A stretch of DNA of 64,000 nucleotides from an uncultured Alphaproteobacteria bacterium (lineage in GTDB: Bacteria; Pseudomonadota; Alphaproteobacteria; Rhizobiales; Rhodomicrobiaceae), in assembly GCA_963773735.1 (NCBI GenBank), contig CAVZCK010000028.1, positions 1-64,000 of the forward strand, written 5' to 3'. The position numbers were made by a program, and so were the translations under genes. The notes under the pieces were generated by a model. The model saw nothing but the letters and a program-made list of their open reading frames with translations. It searched no databases and had not been told where the DNA came from. This document shows, one piece after another, positions 1 to 10,335 of this stretch. How positions within the stretch are numbered: position 1 is the first letter of the stretch; each line of letters opens with the position of its first letter.

Positions 1-755
1 GATCAAATCGGCTGGCGCGGCGCGCTTGCAACGCTCGGGCTGACGAACATCTTGCTGTGCGGCGGCCTTCATTCGCTGCGATCCGGCCTGAGCTCGACGC
101 GGCGCCGACCATCCTCCGGCGGCCTGGCGCCGCACGGTGAGCCGAGCGCGAGGCGGTGTCGCGCGCCGCACGCAGCATGGCGTTCTGGGCGCTGGCTCTG
201 TCGTTCACCGCCTATGCGGCGATCTATTCGGCCTTCACGCTTCACCTTTATCCCCTGCTGCGCGAACGCGAACTGACGCCGCCGCGACCGTCGCCGTGCT
301 GGCCTGTATCGGCCGGCCCAGGTCGCCGGGCGGATTCTTGTCTGGATGTTCGCCTCGGGGACGTCGGTCAGACGTCTCGGTTCGATGATCGTGGCCTCCC
401 GATCGCGTTCGTCGGGATCGCGCTGTTGCCGCCGACCTTCCTCGCCATGGCGGCCGTCGCTGTGGTCTATGGCGGGGCCAATGGCATCATGACCATCGTG
501 CGCGGCATTGCGGTGCCGGATATGCTCTCCCGCAAGTCCTATGGCGCGATCAATGGCGCGCTGATCAGTCCTTCGCTGGTTGCGAGAGCGGCCGCGCCCA
601 TCGGCGCAGCGGCGCTCTGGTCCGCGACCGGCAATTATGATGCCGTCGTCCTGGCGATGGTGGTGGCCGCCGCAATCGTTGCCGCGGGCTTCTGGGCGGC
701 TGCACTTTACGCCGCACCCCATCGAACCGGTCGCTCGATTGAAGTCGATGGCTAA
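1..755 (+). pseudogene. MFS-type transporter, C-terminal portion; 5' end lies outside the window and the frame is broken by at least two 1-bp indels between about 280 and 420
   Basis: Hydrophobic TM-helix translations (LLCGGLHSL..., IAFVGIALLPPTFLAMAAVAVVYGGANGIMTIVRG..., stop at 755) are spread over three frames. The conserved MFS stretch AGRILVWMFASG appears only in an alternative frame. Confidence 0.4.
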
Positions 756-899
756 GGCCGGGCGCACCAATTCGCCGCGCATCGTCCTGCAAAAGCGTTC
801 GCGGACCACCAGGCACATTGCGGCGACGAAGCGGGCTGCGTTCGCCGCCGCGCTGAGCTACACTCCTCCCCGCATTTGCCATAATGAGGATGGCCGGCG

Positions 900-1361
900 A
901 TGAAGCTTCTGAACCGCGCGCCTTATTCCTATCGCAGTGATGCGGGCGTCCCCGGCTTTGACGACAGCGGGCCGGTCGCGTTCATGGACGGCGAATGCGC
1001 CCTGTGCACGCGCGGCGCGCGGGCGATCTGCCGTCTCGATCGCCGCGATGAGTTCAAGATCTGTCCGACGGGAAGCCCGATCGGCGGCGCCGTTCTGACG
1101 CATTACGGCCTCGATCCCGCGGACCCCGATAGCTGGCTCTATCTGGAAGACGGGAAAGCCTACACCTCGATGGAGGCGATCGTCCGCGTCGGCAGACGGC
1201 TCGGCGGCTGGGGCGATCTCGCCCGCACGCTGGGCATTTTCCCCCGCCCGGTGCAGGACTGGCTCTATCGCCGCCTGGCGCGCAACCGCTACGCCGTTCT
1301 TGGCCGCACCCAGATGTGCGCCTTGCCTGACCCCGATCTCAGGCGGCGCCTCATTGGCTGA
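900..1361 (+). CDS. DCC-family thiol-disulfide oxidoreductase (DUF393)
   Basis: 153-aa ORF with a CxxC motif (DGECALCTRGARAICRLD) and overall similarity to the DUF393/DCC1 family. Confidence 0.55.
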   Translation: MKLLNRAPYSYRSDAGVPGFDDSGPVAFMDGECALCTRGARAICRLDRRDEFKICPTGSPIGGAVLTHYGLDPADPDSWLYLEDGKAYTSMEAIVRVGRRLGGWGDLARTLGIFPRPVQDWLYRRLARNRYAVLGRTQMCALPDPDLRRRLIG

Positions 1362-1407
1362 AGGACCTCGCCCGTGCCCTCTCGCGGACAGCGTGGCCCC
1401 GGCATGC

Positions 1408-2037
1408 TCAAGCTCGCGGCTTGAGCCCCTGCAAAATCACCTCCAGATGAGCCTCGCAATAGCGCTGCAGATCGATCGGATCGATCTCGTCGAAGAGCAT
1501 TTTCCAGACCGCGCTGGTAATTGCCGGCCCGACCAGTACCTGCGGAAAGTCGAGCGCCGCGCTGTTGGCGAATTCTCCGCGCTCGACCCCATAGCGCAGG
1601 ATCTGGCGCAGCGCGGCCATACCGCGCGACACCACCTCGTCATGATAGAATGAGATCAGCCGCGGAAAGCGGGGGCCTTCCGCGATCAGGAGCCGCAGCA
1701 GGCGGCGGCGCTCGGTGCCCACCACGTCGCGGTAAAAGGTCTCGATCATCATTCTGAGCAGGCTCTCGGCGCTGCCCTGAGCCGCGAGCGCGACACCCTC
1801 GATGCGTTCGATGACCGGCGCGATGATGCTGCGCGCCGCCTCCTCGAACAGCGCTTCCTTGCTGTCGAAATAGAGATAGACGGTGCCCTTGCCGACACCG
1901 GCCCGCTCCGCGATAAAGTCGAGCCGGGCGGCCGCAAAGCCCTGCTCGAAAAATTCCTCAAGCGCGGCAGCGAGGATGGCCTGAAGCCTTTCGCTCTTGC
2001 CGTCCTTGCCTCTCGCCGCAGCCGATAAATCGTCCAC
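1408..2037 (-). CDS. TetR/AcrR family transcriptional regulator
   Basis: 209-aa ORF with an N-terminal TetR HTH signature (GFAAARLDFIAERAGVGKGTVYLYFDSKEALF). It is divergent from the efflux operon. Confidence 0.85.
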   Translation of the reverse strand: MDDLSAAARGKDGKSERLQAILAAALEEFFEQGFAAARLDFIAERAGVGKGTVYLYFDSKEALFEEAARSIIAPVIERIEGVALAAQGSAESLLRMMIETFYRDVVGTERRRLLRLLIAEGPRFPRLISFYHDEVVSRGMAALRQILRYGVERGEFANSAALDFPQVLVGPAITSAVWKMLFDEIDPIDLQRYCEAHLEVILQGLKPRA

Positions 2038-2112
2038 TCGCCTGATCCTCGTTTAAATGCTGATCGCCGTGTCCGATGTGCGCTTGACAAGCCGATCTGC
2101 AAGTATCAATTT

Positions 2113-2132
2113 ATGACTGACCAGTCAGTCAT
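2113..2132. promoter_or_regulatory. Candidate TetR operator: perfect inverted repeat ATGACTGAC-CA-GTCAGTCAT
   Basis: 20-bp palindrome (9-bp half-sites, 2-bp spacer) in the tetR/hlyD intergenic region, just upstream of the HlyD start. A TTGACA hexamer lies at 2084-2089. Confidence 0.5.
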
Positions 2133-2142
2133 TTCAAGGGCA

Positions 2143-3150
2143 ATGATCATGAGACGGCGAATTATCCTTATCGTAATCGTTGTTCTGGCGCTTGGCGGGC
2201 GGGCTGGCTGATCTACGGCCGCTATGTCAACGCCCAGAACAAGCGCCCGTCTTCTACGGCAATGTCGATATTCGCGACGTTTCGCTCGGCTTCCGCGTCT
2301 CAGGCCGCGTGGCGCAGATGGCGGTCGATGAAGGCGATCCCGTCAAGGCTGACCAGCTTCTTGCAAGCCTCGACAAGACGCCTTTCAAAAATGACCTGGC
2401 GCTTCAGACGGCCAACGTCTCGCAGCAGGAGGCCAATCTTGCCAAGCTGGAGGCGGGAAGCCGGCCCGAGGAGATCGAGCAGGCGAAGGCGAATGTCGCA
2501 TCGCGCAAGGCGGCGCTCGATAATGCGCGCGGGGTGTACGAGCGGCAGCAGCAGCTTTCGCAGCGCGATTTTGCCTCGAAACAAGCCTTCGATAATCCGT
2601 CCACGCTCCATCAGGCCGAGGCCGATCTGAAATCGGCCGAACAAGCCCTGAAGCTTGCCGTCGAAGGGCCGCGCAAGGAGGACATCGCCGCGGCCCGCGC
2701 TGCGCTGGAAGCGGCCCGTGCGCAGAAGCAGATTGCTGAAACCGCGCTTGGCGATACGGAGCTGCACGCGCCGGCCGACGGGATCGTTCTGACCCGCGCG
2801 GTCGAGCCCGGCACGATTGCGGCAGCGGGGACAACGGTTTACACACTATCGTTGCAAAACCCGGTCTGGGTGCGCGCCTATGTCGGCGAGCCGCAGCTCG
2901 GGCTCATCCATCCCGGCGCGCCGGTCAAGCTCTATTCCGACACGCGGCCGCACCGCGCCTATGACGGCCAGGTCGGCTTCATCTCGCCGGTCGCCGAGTT
3001 CACGCCGAAAACCGTCGAGACGCCGGAATTGCGCGCCGACCTCGTCTACCGCCTCCGCGTCACGGTCAGCAATCCGGACCCGGCCCTGCGGCAGGGCATG
3101 CCGGTGACGGTGCGGCTGCGACCGAGCCGGCGGCGGTTGCCGCGAACAAA
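2143..3150 (+). pseudogene. HlyD-family membrane fusion protein (YbhG-like), frameshifted near the 5' end and at the 3' end
   Basis: From 2143 the frame reads MIMRRRIILIVIVVLALGG and hits a stop. IYGRYVNAQNK is in a second frame. From about 2250 the third frame gives a continuous HlyD coiled-coil and beta-barrel region up to GMPVTVRL. The indels lie in G/C runs. Confidence 0.7.
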
Positions 3151-4886
3151 TGAGGAGCCATGGCCTCGCCGCTCATCCGCTGGCCAATGTCACCAAGCGC
3201 TTCGGCGATCCGACCGCGCTCGACAGTATCAGCGCCGCGGCGAGCGGCGGGATGTCACCGGGCTGGTCGGTCCGGACGGCGCCGGCAAGACGACGCTGAT
3301 CCGGCTGATGGCCGGCCTGCTCGCGCCGAGCGAGGGCAGCATCGAGGTGCTGGGCTTCGACACCCGCACGGAGGCGCAAGCCGTGCAGATCCAGATCGGC
3401 TACATGCCGCAGCGCTTCGGCCTCTACGAGGACCTGACGGTCCAGGAGAATCTCGAGCTCTATGCCGATCTGCGCGGCCTGCCCGATGACGAGCGCGCCG
3501 AGACCTTCAAGACGCTGCTCGCGCTTCACCGATCTCGCGCGGTTCACCGCGCGCCTCGCCGGCAAGCTCTCGGGCGGCATGAAGCAGAAGCTCGGCCTCG
3601 CCTGCGCCCTGATCCGCACGCCGCGGGTGCTGCTGCTCGACGAGCCGAGCGTCGGCGTCGATCCGATCTCGCGCCGCGAGCTGTGGCGCATGGTGAGGAG
3701 CTGAAGGGCGAGGGCATCGCCGTGATGTGGTCGACCGCCTATCTCGACGAGGCCGAGCGCTGCGACAGCGTGCTGCTGCTCAACGACGGCAAGCTGCTGT
3801 TCGCGGGCCCGCCCGGCGAGCTGACCGGGCGCGTCGCCGGCCGCGTGTTTCTGCGCGACGGGCATTCAGGGGCCGAAGCGCGCCGCGCTCGGCGGGGCTC
3901 TCGACAGCCACTGACGGTCGACGGCGTCATCCAGGGCGATGCGATCCGGGTGGTGACCAAAGCTGGCGCCGCACCAGCGCCGGCGATCTTCGTGCCGCGC
4001 TTGGCAAGGCATTGCCGGAAGCAAGATCGCGCCGACCGCGCCGCGCTTCGAGGATGCCTTCATCGACGTGCTCGGCGGCGGGCCGGGCGGGCAATCGGCG
4101 CTTGCGGAGACCGTCGCGCCGGCAGGACGGCCGACGGCCTGTGATCGAGGCCCGCGGCCTGACCAAGCGGTTCGGCGACTTCACCGCCGCGGACGACATC
4201 ACCTTCGCGATCCGCGCGGCGAGATCTTCGGCCTGCTCGGCCCGAACGGCGCCGGCAAGTCGACGACGTTCAAGATGCTGTGCGGCCTGCTGCGGCCGAC
4301 GCGCGGCGAGGGCCGCGTCGCGGGTTCGATCTGCGGCCGGCGCCGCGGGCGCCCGCACCGGCTCGGCTACATGGCGCAGAAATTCTCGCTCTACGGCGAT
4401 CTCAGCGTCGGCCAGAACCTCGAATTCTTCGCCGGCGTCTATGGCCTCGGCGGCAGGGCCAAGCGCGACAAGGTCGCGCGCATGATCGAGACCTTCGATC
4501 TGAAGCACTATCTGGGCGCCACCGCCGGCGAGCTGCCGCTCGGCTTCAAGCAGCGGCTGGCGCTCGCCTGCGCGGTGATGCACGAGCCGGAGGTGCTGTT
4601 TCTCGACGAGCCGACCTCGGGCGTCGATCCGATCACGCGCCGCGAGTTCTGGTCCCACATCAACGGCCTGGTCGAGAAGGGCGTCGCGGTGATGGTGACG
4701 ACCCATTTCATGGACGAGGCCGAATATTGCGACCGCATCGCGCTGATCTATCGCGGCGAGATCGTCGCGCTCGGCTCGCCCGACGAGCTCAAGGCGAGGG
4801 CGGCAGCGCGAGGGCGTCCCGATCCGACGCTGGAGGACGCCTTCATCGCGCTGGTCGAGCAGCCGAGGCCGGGCGGGAGGAGCGGC
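3150..4886 (+). pseudogene. ABC transporter ATP-binding protein with tandem ATPase domains (YbhF-like), multiply frameshifted
   Basis: Walker A appears twice (GLVGPDGAGKTT, GLLGPNGAGKSTT). Signature and Walker B ([16 protein letters not shown]...[12 protein letters not shown] and LFLDEPTSGVDP) are present. These pieces are spread over all three + frames, with frame switches near 3240, 3510, 3690, 3860 and 4140. Confidence 0.7.
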
Positions 4887-6044
4887 ATGACCGACGCCAC
4901 GTCGCCCCCTCAGCCGCGCCGCATCCGCGCCGCCGCCGGCAGGCCGCGGCCGGCGCTTCGCGGCGCTGCTCGTCAAGGAGGTGCTGCAGATCGTGCGCGA
5001 TCCGAGCAGCATCCTGATCGCCGTCGTGCTGCCGCTGATCCTGCTGTTCCTGTTCGGCTACGGCGTCTCGCTCGACGCCGATCACGTCAGATCGGCGTTG
5101 CGGTGGAGGCGACCAGCGAGCCGGGGCAAAGCCTTGCCGCGGCTTTCCGCGCCTCGCGCTTCTTCGATGTGCGTGAGGCGCAGACCGGCGCGCATTCGAG
5201 CCGCTGCTGGTCGCGGGAACCATCCGCGGCATCGTGGTCATCCCCGCGCCATTTCGGCGAGGAAGCGGCGCAGCAATGTCAGCCGGCAAGATCCAGGTCA
5301 TCATCGACGGCACCGATCCGAACACCGCAAGCTTCGTGCAGAACTATGCGCAGGGCGTCTGGAGCAACTGGATCGCCTCGCGCGGCGCACCGCCGGCGCG
5401 CCGGCCATCGGCCTTGAGCCGCGCTTCTGGTTCAATCCGGAGCTGCGAAGCCGCTATTTCCTGGTCCCCGGGCGTGGTCGCCATCATCATGACGCTGGTC
5501 GGCACGCTGCTGACCGCGCTGGTCGTCGCGCGCGAATGGGAGCGCGGCACGATGGAGGCGATGATGGCGACGCCGATCGCGACGCTCGAGCTGCTCCTCG
5601 GCAAGCTGATCCCCTATTTCGTGCTGGGCCTGGCGGCCATGGCGCTGTGCGCCGGCATCGCCGTCTTCCTGTTCGGCGTGCCGTTCCGCGGCTCGTTCCT
5701 GGCGCTGCTGGCCATCTCCGCGGCCTTTCTGTTGCCTGCATTCGGCCTGGGGCTGCTCATCTCCTCGGCGCAAGAACCAGTTCGTCGCGTCGCAGGTGGC
5801 GCTGCTCGTCCGGCTTCCTGCCGGCCTTCCTGCTGTCGGGCTTCCTCTTCGAGATCACCTCCATGCCGAAGCTGATCCAGCTCCTCACCTATATCGTGCC
5901 CGCGCGCTATCTCATCCCCAGCCTGCAGACGGTGTTTCTCGCCGGCGATATCTGGCCGCTGTTCCTGCAGGAACGCGGCCATGCTGGCGATCGGCAGCGT
6001 GTTTCTCTCCTCACCGTCCGCTCGACCCGAAAGAGTCTCGAATC
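4887..6044 (+). pseudogene. ABC-2 type permease (YbhS-like), multiply frameshifted
   Basis: The N-terminus RFAALLVKEVLQIVRDPSSILIAVVLPLILLFLFGYGVSLD and later TM segments (TLVGTLLTALVVAREWERGTMEAMMATPI..., YIVPARYLIPSLQTVFLAGDIW) lie in different frames. Confidence 0.6.
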
Positions 6045-7163
6045 ATGTGGCGCCGGCTCAGCGCCCTGATCGTCAAGGAGCTGCTCGCCGTGCTGCGCGA
6101 TCCGCGCGGCCGCATCATCCTGATCGTGCCGCCGCTCGTGCAGCTGATCCTCTTCGCCTACGCGGCGACGCTCGAGGTCACGAACATCGATATCGGCGTG
6201 CTCAATCGCGATGCGGGGCGCTGGAGCGCCGAGCTGATGCAGCGGCTCGACGGCGCGCCGTCATTCCGCAGCATCGTGCCGATGTCCCGGCTGGAGCAGG
6301 CGCGCGAGGCGATCGATAATCGCCGGCGTGATCGCCGTGCTCAGCTTCGACCAGGATTTCTCGCGCCATATCGCCGCGCATGAGCCGGCGCCGATCCAGG
6401 TCGATCCTCGACGGCCGGCGCTCCAACGCGGCGCAGATCGTGCTCGGCTATCTGACCGCCATCGCCAATAGCGTGTCGCAATCCATCGCAGCTCAATGCC
6501 GACGAGCACGCAGGGCAGCGATGACGGCGCGATCGTGGCGCGGCACTGGTTCAACCCCAATCTCATCTATCTGTGGTTCACCGTGCCGAGCCTGATCGGC
6601 ACGCTCGGCCTGCTCATCGCGCTCGTCGTCACGGCCTGTCGGTCGCGCGCGAGCGCGAGCTCGGCACCTTCGACCAGCTCATGGTTTCGCCGCTGAGGGT
6701 GCACGAGATCCTGATCGGCAAGATGATCCCGCCGCTGATCATCGGCGTGGTTCAGCAGTCGGCCTTCCTGCTGGTGGCGGTGTTCTTCTTCCAGGTGCCG
6801 TTCCGCGGCTCGCTGATCCTGCTCTATATCGGCATCGTGTTCTTTCTCGCCTCGGTGATCGGCGTCGGCCTGTTCATCTCGTCGCTCGCCATGACCCAGC
6901 AGCAGGCCATTCTCGGCGCCTTCCTGTTCGTCGCGCCGGCGATCCTGCTGTCGGGCTTCGCCACGCCGATCGAGAATATGCCGCATTGGCTGCAGGTGGT
7001 GACGCTCGTCAATCCCTTGCGCCATTTCCTCGTCATCGTCCGCGGCGTGTTTCTCAAGGCGATGCCGGCCGGCGAGGTTGCCGCCAATATTCTGCCGCTC
7101 ATCGCAATCGCAGTGTTTACCCTATCGATTGCAGCCTGGCTTTTCAGGCAACGGATGGAATGA
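6045..7163 (+). pseudogene. ABC-2 type permease (YbhR-like), multiply frameshifted
   Basis: MWRRLSALIVKELLAVLRDPRGRIILIVPPLVQLILFAYAATLEV... at the start. The C-terminal body (GTFDQLMVSPLRVHEILIGKMIPPLIIG...LSIAAWLFRQRME, stop at 7163) is in another frame. Confidence 0.6.
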
Positions 7164-7362
7164 GCGGCAGAATATTTGCGGCGCATCCGGCGAGGTTGCG
7201 TCGTGTCTCAATTTGCATTTCAGCTATGGCGGCGAAGCGGCAGTCGATGATCGAATAACGTCGTTCGACCGACGCCTCATCTCGGACGTCACGCTTGTTT
7301 CTTTTCGTGACGCAACTCTCGAACCTATCTTTCGCCGCAAATCCACGTTTGCAGCGGTGTCC

Positions 7363-7991
7363 CTATCCGGTCACCTCTTTGATCAGTTGGAGAGACCTCG
7401 GTCCGCTGACATACGTGCTGCCCGACTCGAAAAACCGACGTTTGCGATTGACTTCCCGTGTCAAGCCGATGCGCCGACTGCTACCGATGGTCCCGATCGA
7501 CCGTACTGCCGTGCCGAGCCAGAGAGGTCCGGTGGCACAAAGATCGACGCCGTCATAACCCATGTCGATATGCATGGCTTTCGCCAGGCGCCCGGGACCG
7601 CGGGCTATGTCTCGAATGCGGGTCGTATTGCGAAAGCGCTTCATCATGTCGATCCCTCGAGAGGTTCTAAGGCACGCAGGAGCACGCCGGCTCCGATGCC
7701 CGGTACCTCGCTGGTAACGTTCACCATAAACGATGAGCCATAGGTAAAATAGACGTGGCAATGGCCACGACCGAGAAATAGGGACCGATTGCCTGGCGTC
7801 TTGCCTCGAAACGCGTGGCCGGCGGCATCGCCCGGCGGATAACCTTCAGTTTCGACTATGCGACCACTTAACCTCCCCACCGGTAAGTCATGGACCAGCG
7901 TCTTGCCGATGAGATATCGGGCAAGTTCAATGGTATCCGCGGGGAGGTCTTGCCGACGAAGCCGCTTAACGCTGGAACGAGAATGTTTCAT
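7363..7991 (-). pseudogene. mpg: DNA-3-methyladenine glycosylase (Mpg/AAG family) with one frameshift near 7640-7760
   Basis: The N-terminal 115 aa (ARYLIGKTLV...GRIVETEGYPPGDAAGHAFRGKTPGNRSLFLGRGHCHVYFTYG) match the Mpg family. The C-terminal part (IRDIARGPGRLAKAMHIDMGYDGVDL...) is in a second minus-strand frame. Confidence 0.65.
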
Positions 7992-8916
7992 GAATGCGAA
8001 TAGCCTTCAGGTGGCGTCGCGGGTGTGGTGGGAAATTGAAGGCTGCGTAGTCTCCGGGTGTTCAACCCAAAACAATTCCGGCCTTGAAGCGCCGGTGGAG
8101 ACCACGCAATGCCAAGCAATATCACGAAGCTCGCGGCGCAGCAGCCGGCGGCGATGCGCTCCGGGTAACGAACAGCGTCAACTCTCCATTCACCAACCCA
8201 TGAGTTCGGGGCCGCGAAGTTGTTCCCGCTGCCCGCGCCCGCAATACACTCGCTCGCAGTCGCTTCCCCGAAGGGGCGCCGGGCTTAAGACCGACTTGGC
8301 CTTACGGGGAAGGATCGCGGTGCCTGGGTAAGTCCGCGTGCGATGGCCGCCTGGCGACAGGAGCCACATGCGCGGCGGGAGTAACGGTCCCAAGCCCAGG
8401 GGTTGCGGCTTCGCCCACCATGCGGCTGGGATGCCCATGGTTGCAGGTCCGGCCTATGCAGAACCCGCGGGTTCGACAGCGCTGCCCCGCCGCCCGGCCC
8501 TCGCGAGGGGCTCCGCGGCGCCGCCGGCGTGTTGGTGAGTGGCCGGGATCATCCCCGGCTTCGCAAGCCGATGCGCGAGATCGCCCGCAGCCGCGACTGC
8601 GGGGATGGTGGAAATGGAGAGCTTGTCGAGGCAAAGCCCGCCCGCATGGCCGTTCCATGAGCAAAGAAGGGATTGCAGAGCCGCCGCCAGAATATCGCCG
8701 CGCGTGGGCAGCCGAGAGGCTGACACTAACTATACGGACCAGCCTCACGGCTGCCCGCGCCGCCCCTTAGGGGGTGGATCAGGTGCATGATCCCGCAAAA
8801 GCCTGTCCTCGCGAAGGCGGGGATGGGAACCGGTTTTGCGGTAAAGATCATGCCCAAACAAAGACCGCAACGCCTCGCGGGTCCGCCCGGCGAGGGGCTT
8901 GGTGTTGGGTGACGGA

Positions 8917-8937
8917 CTCCCTCTCCCAATGGGAGAG
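8917..8937. repeat. REP-like palindrome CTCCCTCTCCC-AAT-GGGAGAG flanking the IS110 element
   Basis: Near-perfect hairpin directly next to the IS110 transposase stop. It shares the CCTCTCCC / GGGAGAG arms with the palindrome at 10142-10162. Confidence 0.5.
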
Positions 8938-10141
8938 CGACTGTCTTTCCAGTCAAGCGGTTTGCCATGGTTTTTGGTCTCTGAGGATGGCGTTTAGGAT
9001 GGTGAGGAGCTTTCGGGCGACAGCGATGAGCGCCACCATTTTCGGCTTTCCGGCGGTGGTGAGGTGATGGAAGAAGCTCTTCAGGACGGGATTGTGCCGG
9101 CTGGCGACCATCGCACCCTGGAGGAGCGCGGTGCGCACGGTTGCCCTGCCGCCGCCGATGAAGCTCTTGCCGCGCCACTGTCCGGACTGGCGGGTCCAGG
9201 GCGCAAGGCCTGCGAGAGCGGCGATCTCTTTGCGGGTCAGCCGGCCAAGCTCGGGCAGCTCGGCAATGAGCATGCGGGCGATCACCGGTCCGACGCCTGG
9301 GACGGAAGCGAGCAGGTCTTCCTTCTCGCGCCAGGCGGGCGATGCGCGCATGGCCTCATCGATATCGGTATCGACGCTGGTCAGCTCCTTCTCCAGCGCC
9401 TTGATCAGCCGGGCGATGCTCTTCTTCAAGCGCTTGGCACTCGCGCGGCTTTCGCGCTGGCGCTCGGCGCCGATCATGGCGATGATCTGCCGCCGCCTGG
9501 CAATGAGATCGGCGAGCAGCTGGGTAGCCTCGTCCGGGAGCGGCCGCGGCTCAGGGGCGACCGCCTCGGCGAAATGAGCGATGACGGCGGCATCGATCGG
9601 ATCGGATTTCGCCCTCTTGCCGAGCGCCTTGGCGAAGGCGCGGATCTGCGCGGGATTGACCACCGCCAGCGGCGGTTTGGCGGCCGCCAGGCTTGCTGCG
9701 ACGACCCCCTCGAAGCCACCGGTCGCCTCCAGGGCCACCAGATGCGGGGCAACGGCCCTCAGCCGAAGCACCAGTTCCTCCAGACCGGCAGCGTTGCGCG
9801 TCACGGTGAAAACCTCGCCGCTAGGACGAAGCGCAATATCCAACCGATCCTTCGAGACATCGATGCCGACGATGACAGATCCCATGACGACCCTTCCTTG
9901 CCTAATCGGGCTCGCTCTGCGGCCCCGGCGACTGTTCGGGTTCGATGGAAGAACGGACGGGGTCTCTTGCTCTCCCACGGTCTTGATGGACCCGAGGGCT
10001 GTCGGACTCCCGCCCGCCACCGCGACACGGAGGTTATCCGAGTCGCCAGAATTCAAGTTACAAGGGTTGGGGTGAGGGGATACAGACTATCGATTATGAA
10101 CTCCATGGCAACGCCAAAACCCCTCACCCGGCGCTTCGCGC
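8938..10141 (-). mobile_element. IS110-family insertion sequence; boundaries approximate and no terminal inverted repeats, as is typical for the family
   Basis: A single IS110 transposase gene with a roughly 250-bp 5' leader that contains a long hairpin (GGGGTGAGGGG...CCCCTCACCC, 10066-10135). The element is bracketed by two REP-like palindromes. Confidence 0.55.
8953..9885 (-). CDS. IS110 family transposase
   Basis: N-terminal DEDD-type motif MGSVIVGIDVSKDRLDIAL and a C-terminal IS110 signature (...AGLAPWTRQSGQWRGKSFIGGGRATVRTALLQGAMVASRHNP...). It is intact. The ATG-initiated start at 9885 was chosen inside a longer ORF. Confidence 0.85.
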   Translation of the reverse strand: MGSVIVGIDVSKDRLDIALRPSGEVFTVTRNAAGLEELVLRLRAVAPHLVALEATGGFEGVVAASLAAAKPPLAVVNPAQIRAFAKALGKRAKSDPIDAAVIAHFAEAVAPEPRPLPDEATQLLADLIARRRQIIAMIGAERQRESRASAKRLKKSIARLIKALEKELTSVDTDIDEAMRASPAWREKEDLLASVPGVGPVIARMLIAELPELGRLTRKEIAALAGLAPWTRQSGQWRGKSFIGGGRATVRTALLQGAMVASRHNPVLKSFFHHLTTAGKPKMVALIAVARKLLTILNAILRDQKPWQTA

Positions 10142-10162
10142 CGCCCTCTCCCGCCGGGAGAG
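10142..10162. repeat. REP-like palindrome CCCTCTCCC-GCC-GGGAGAGGG
   Basis: Perfect 9-bp arms. It pairs with the 8917-8937 element on the other side of the IS110. Confidence 0.5.
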
Positions 10163-10335
10163 GGCCGTTCGCTGCACTCGGCCGGTGATGACCACAAGGA
10201 GAGGGGGCGGCGCAGCGATCGCGGATAGGCCAATAGAGCCCGGCTCTCGGCTCGCGCTCGCCTGTCCCGGCCCGCGAGCCGGGAGCTGGGGAGACGAGGA
10301 GAGAGCAACGTGCAGAAGCCTGCGGCAAATCCGGG

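Noticed and set aside
69-818. 249-aa minus-strand ORF antisense to the MFS gene
   Set aside because: Arg/Gly-rich translation typical of antisense frames in high-GC DNA. It overlaps a recognisable + strand gene.
2084-2110. Sigma-70 promoter call (TTGACA ... TATCAA) for the efflux operon
   Set aside because: The -35 hexamer is perfect, but the best -10 candidates sit at a 14-15-bp spacing, which is too short. I mention it only as context for the operator.
3173-5012. Long minus-strand ORFs (3173..3865 and 3927..5012) across the ABC ATPase region
   Set aside because: Antisense to clearly homologous ABC ATPase sequence. Composition is Arg/Ala/Gly-biased with no domain signal.
7992-8916. Possible RNase P RNA, tmRNA or cobalamin riboswitch in the unexplained GC-rich region
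   Set aside because: I could not find the conserved RNase P blocks (GNAAGUCCGG, ACAGAACCCGGCUUA), a tmRNA tag reading frame ending ...AA, or a convincing B12 box with a GGGAA..GGTG..AATCC core. Only loose resemblances turned up. It remains an open finding and is not annotated.
9064-10188. 374-aa + strand ORF overlapping the IS110 transposase
   Set aside because: Antisense to an intact, family-typical transposase. It is an artefact of high GC.
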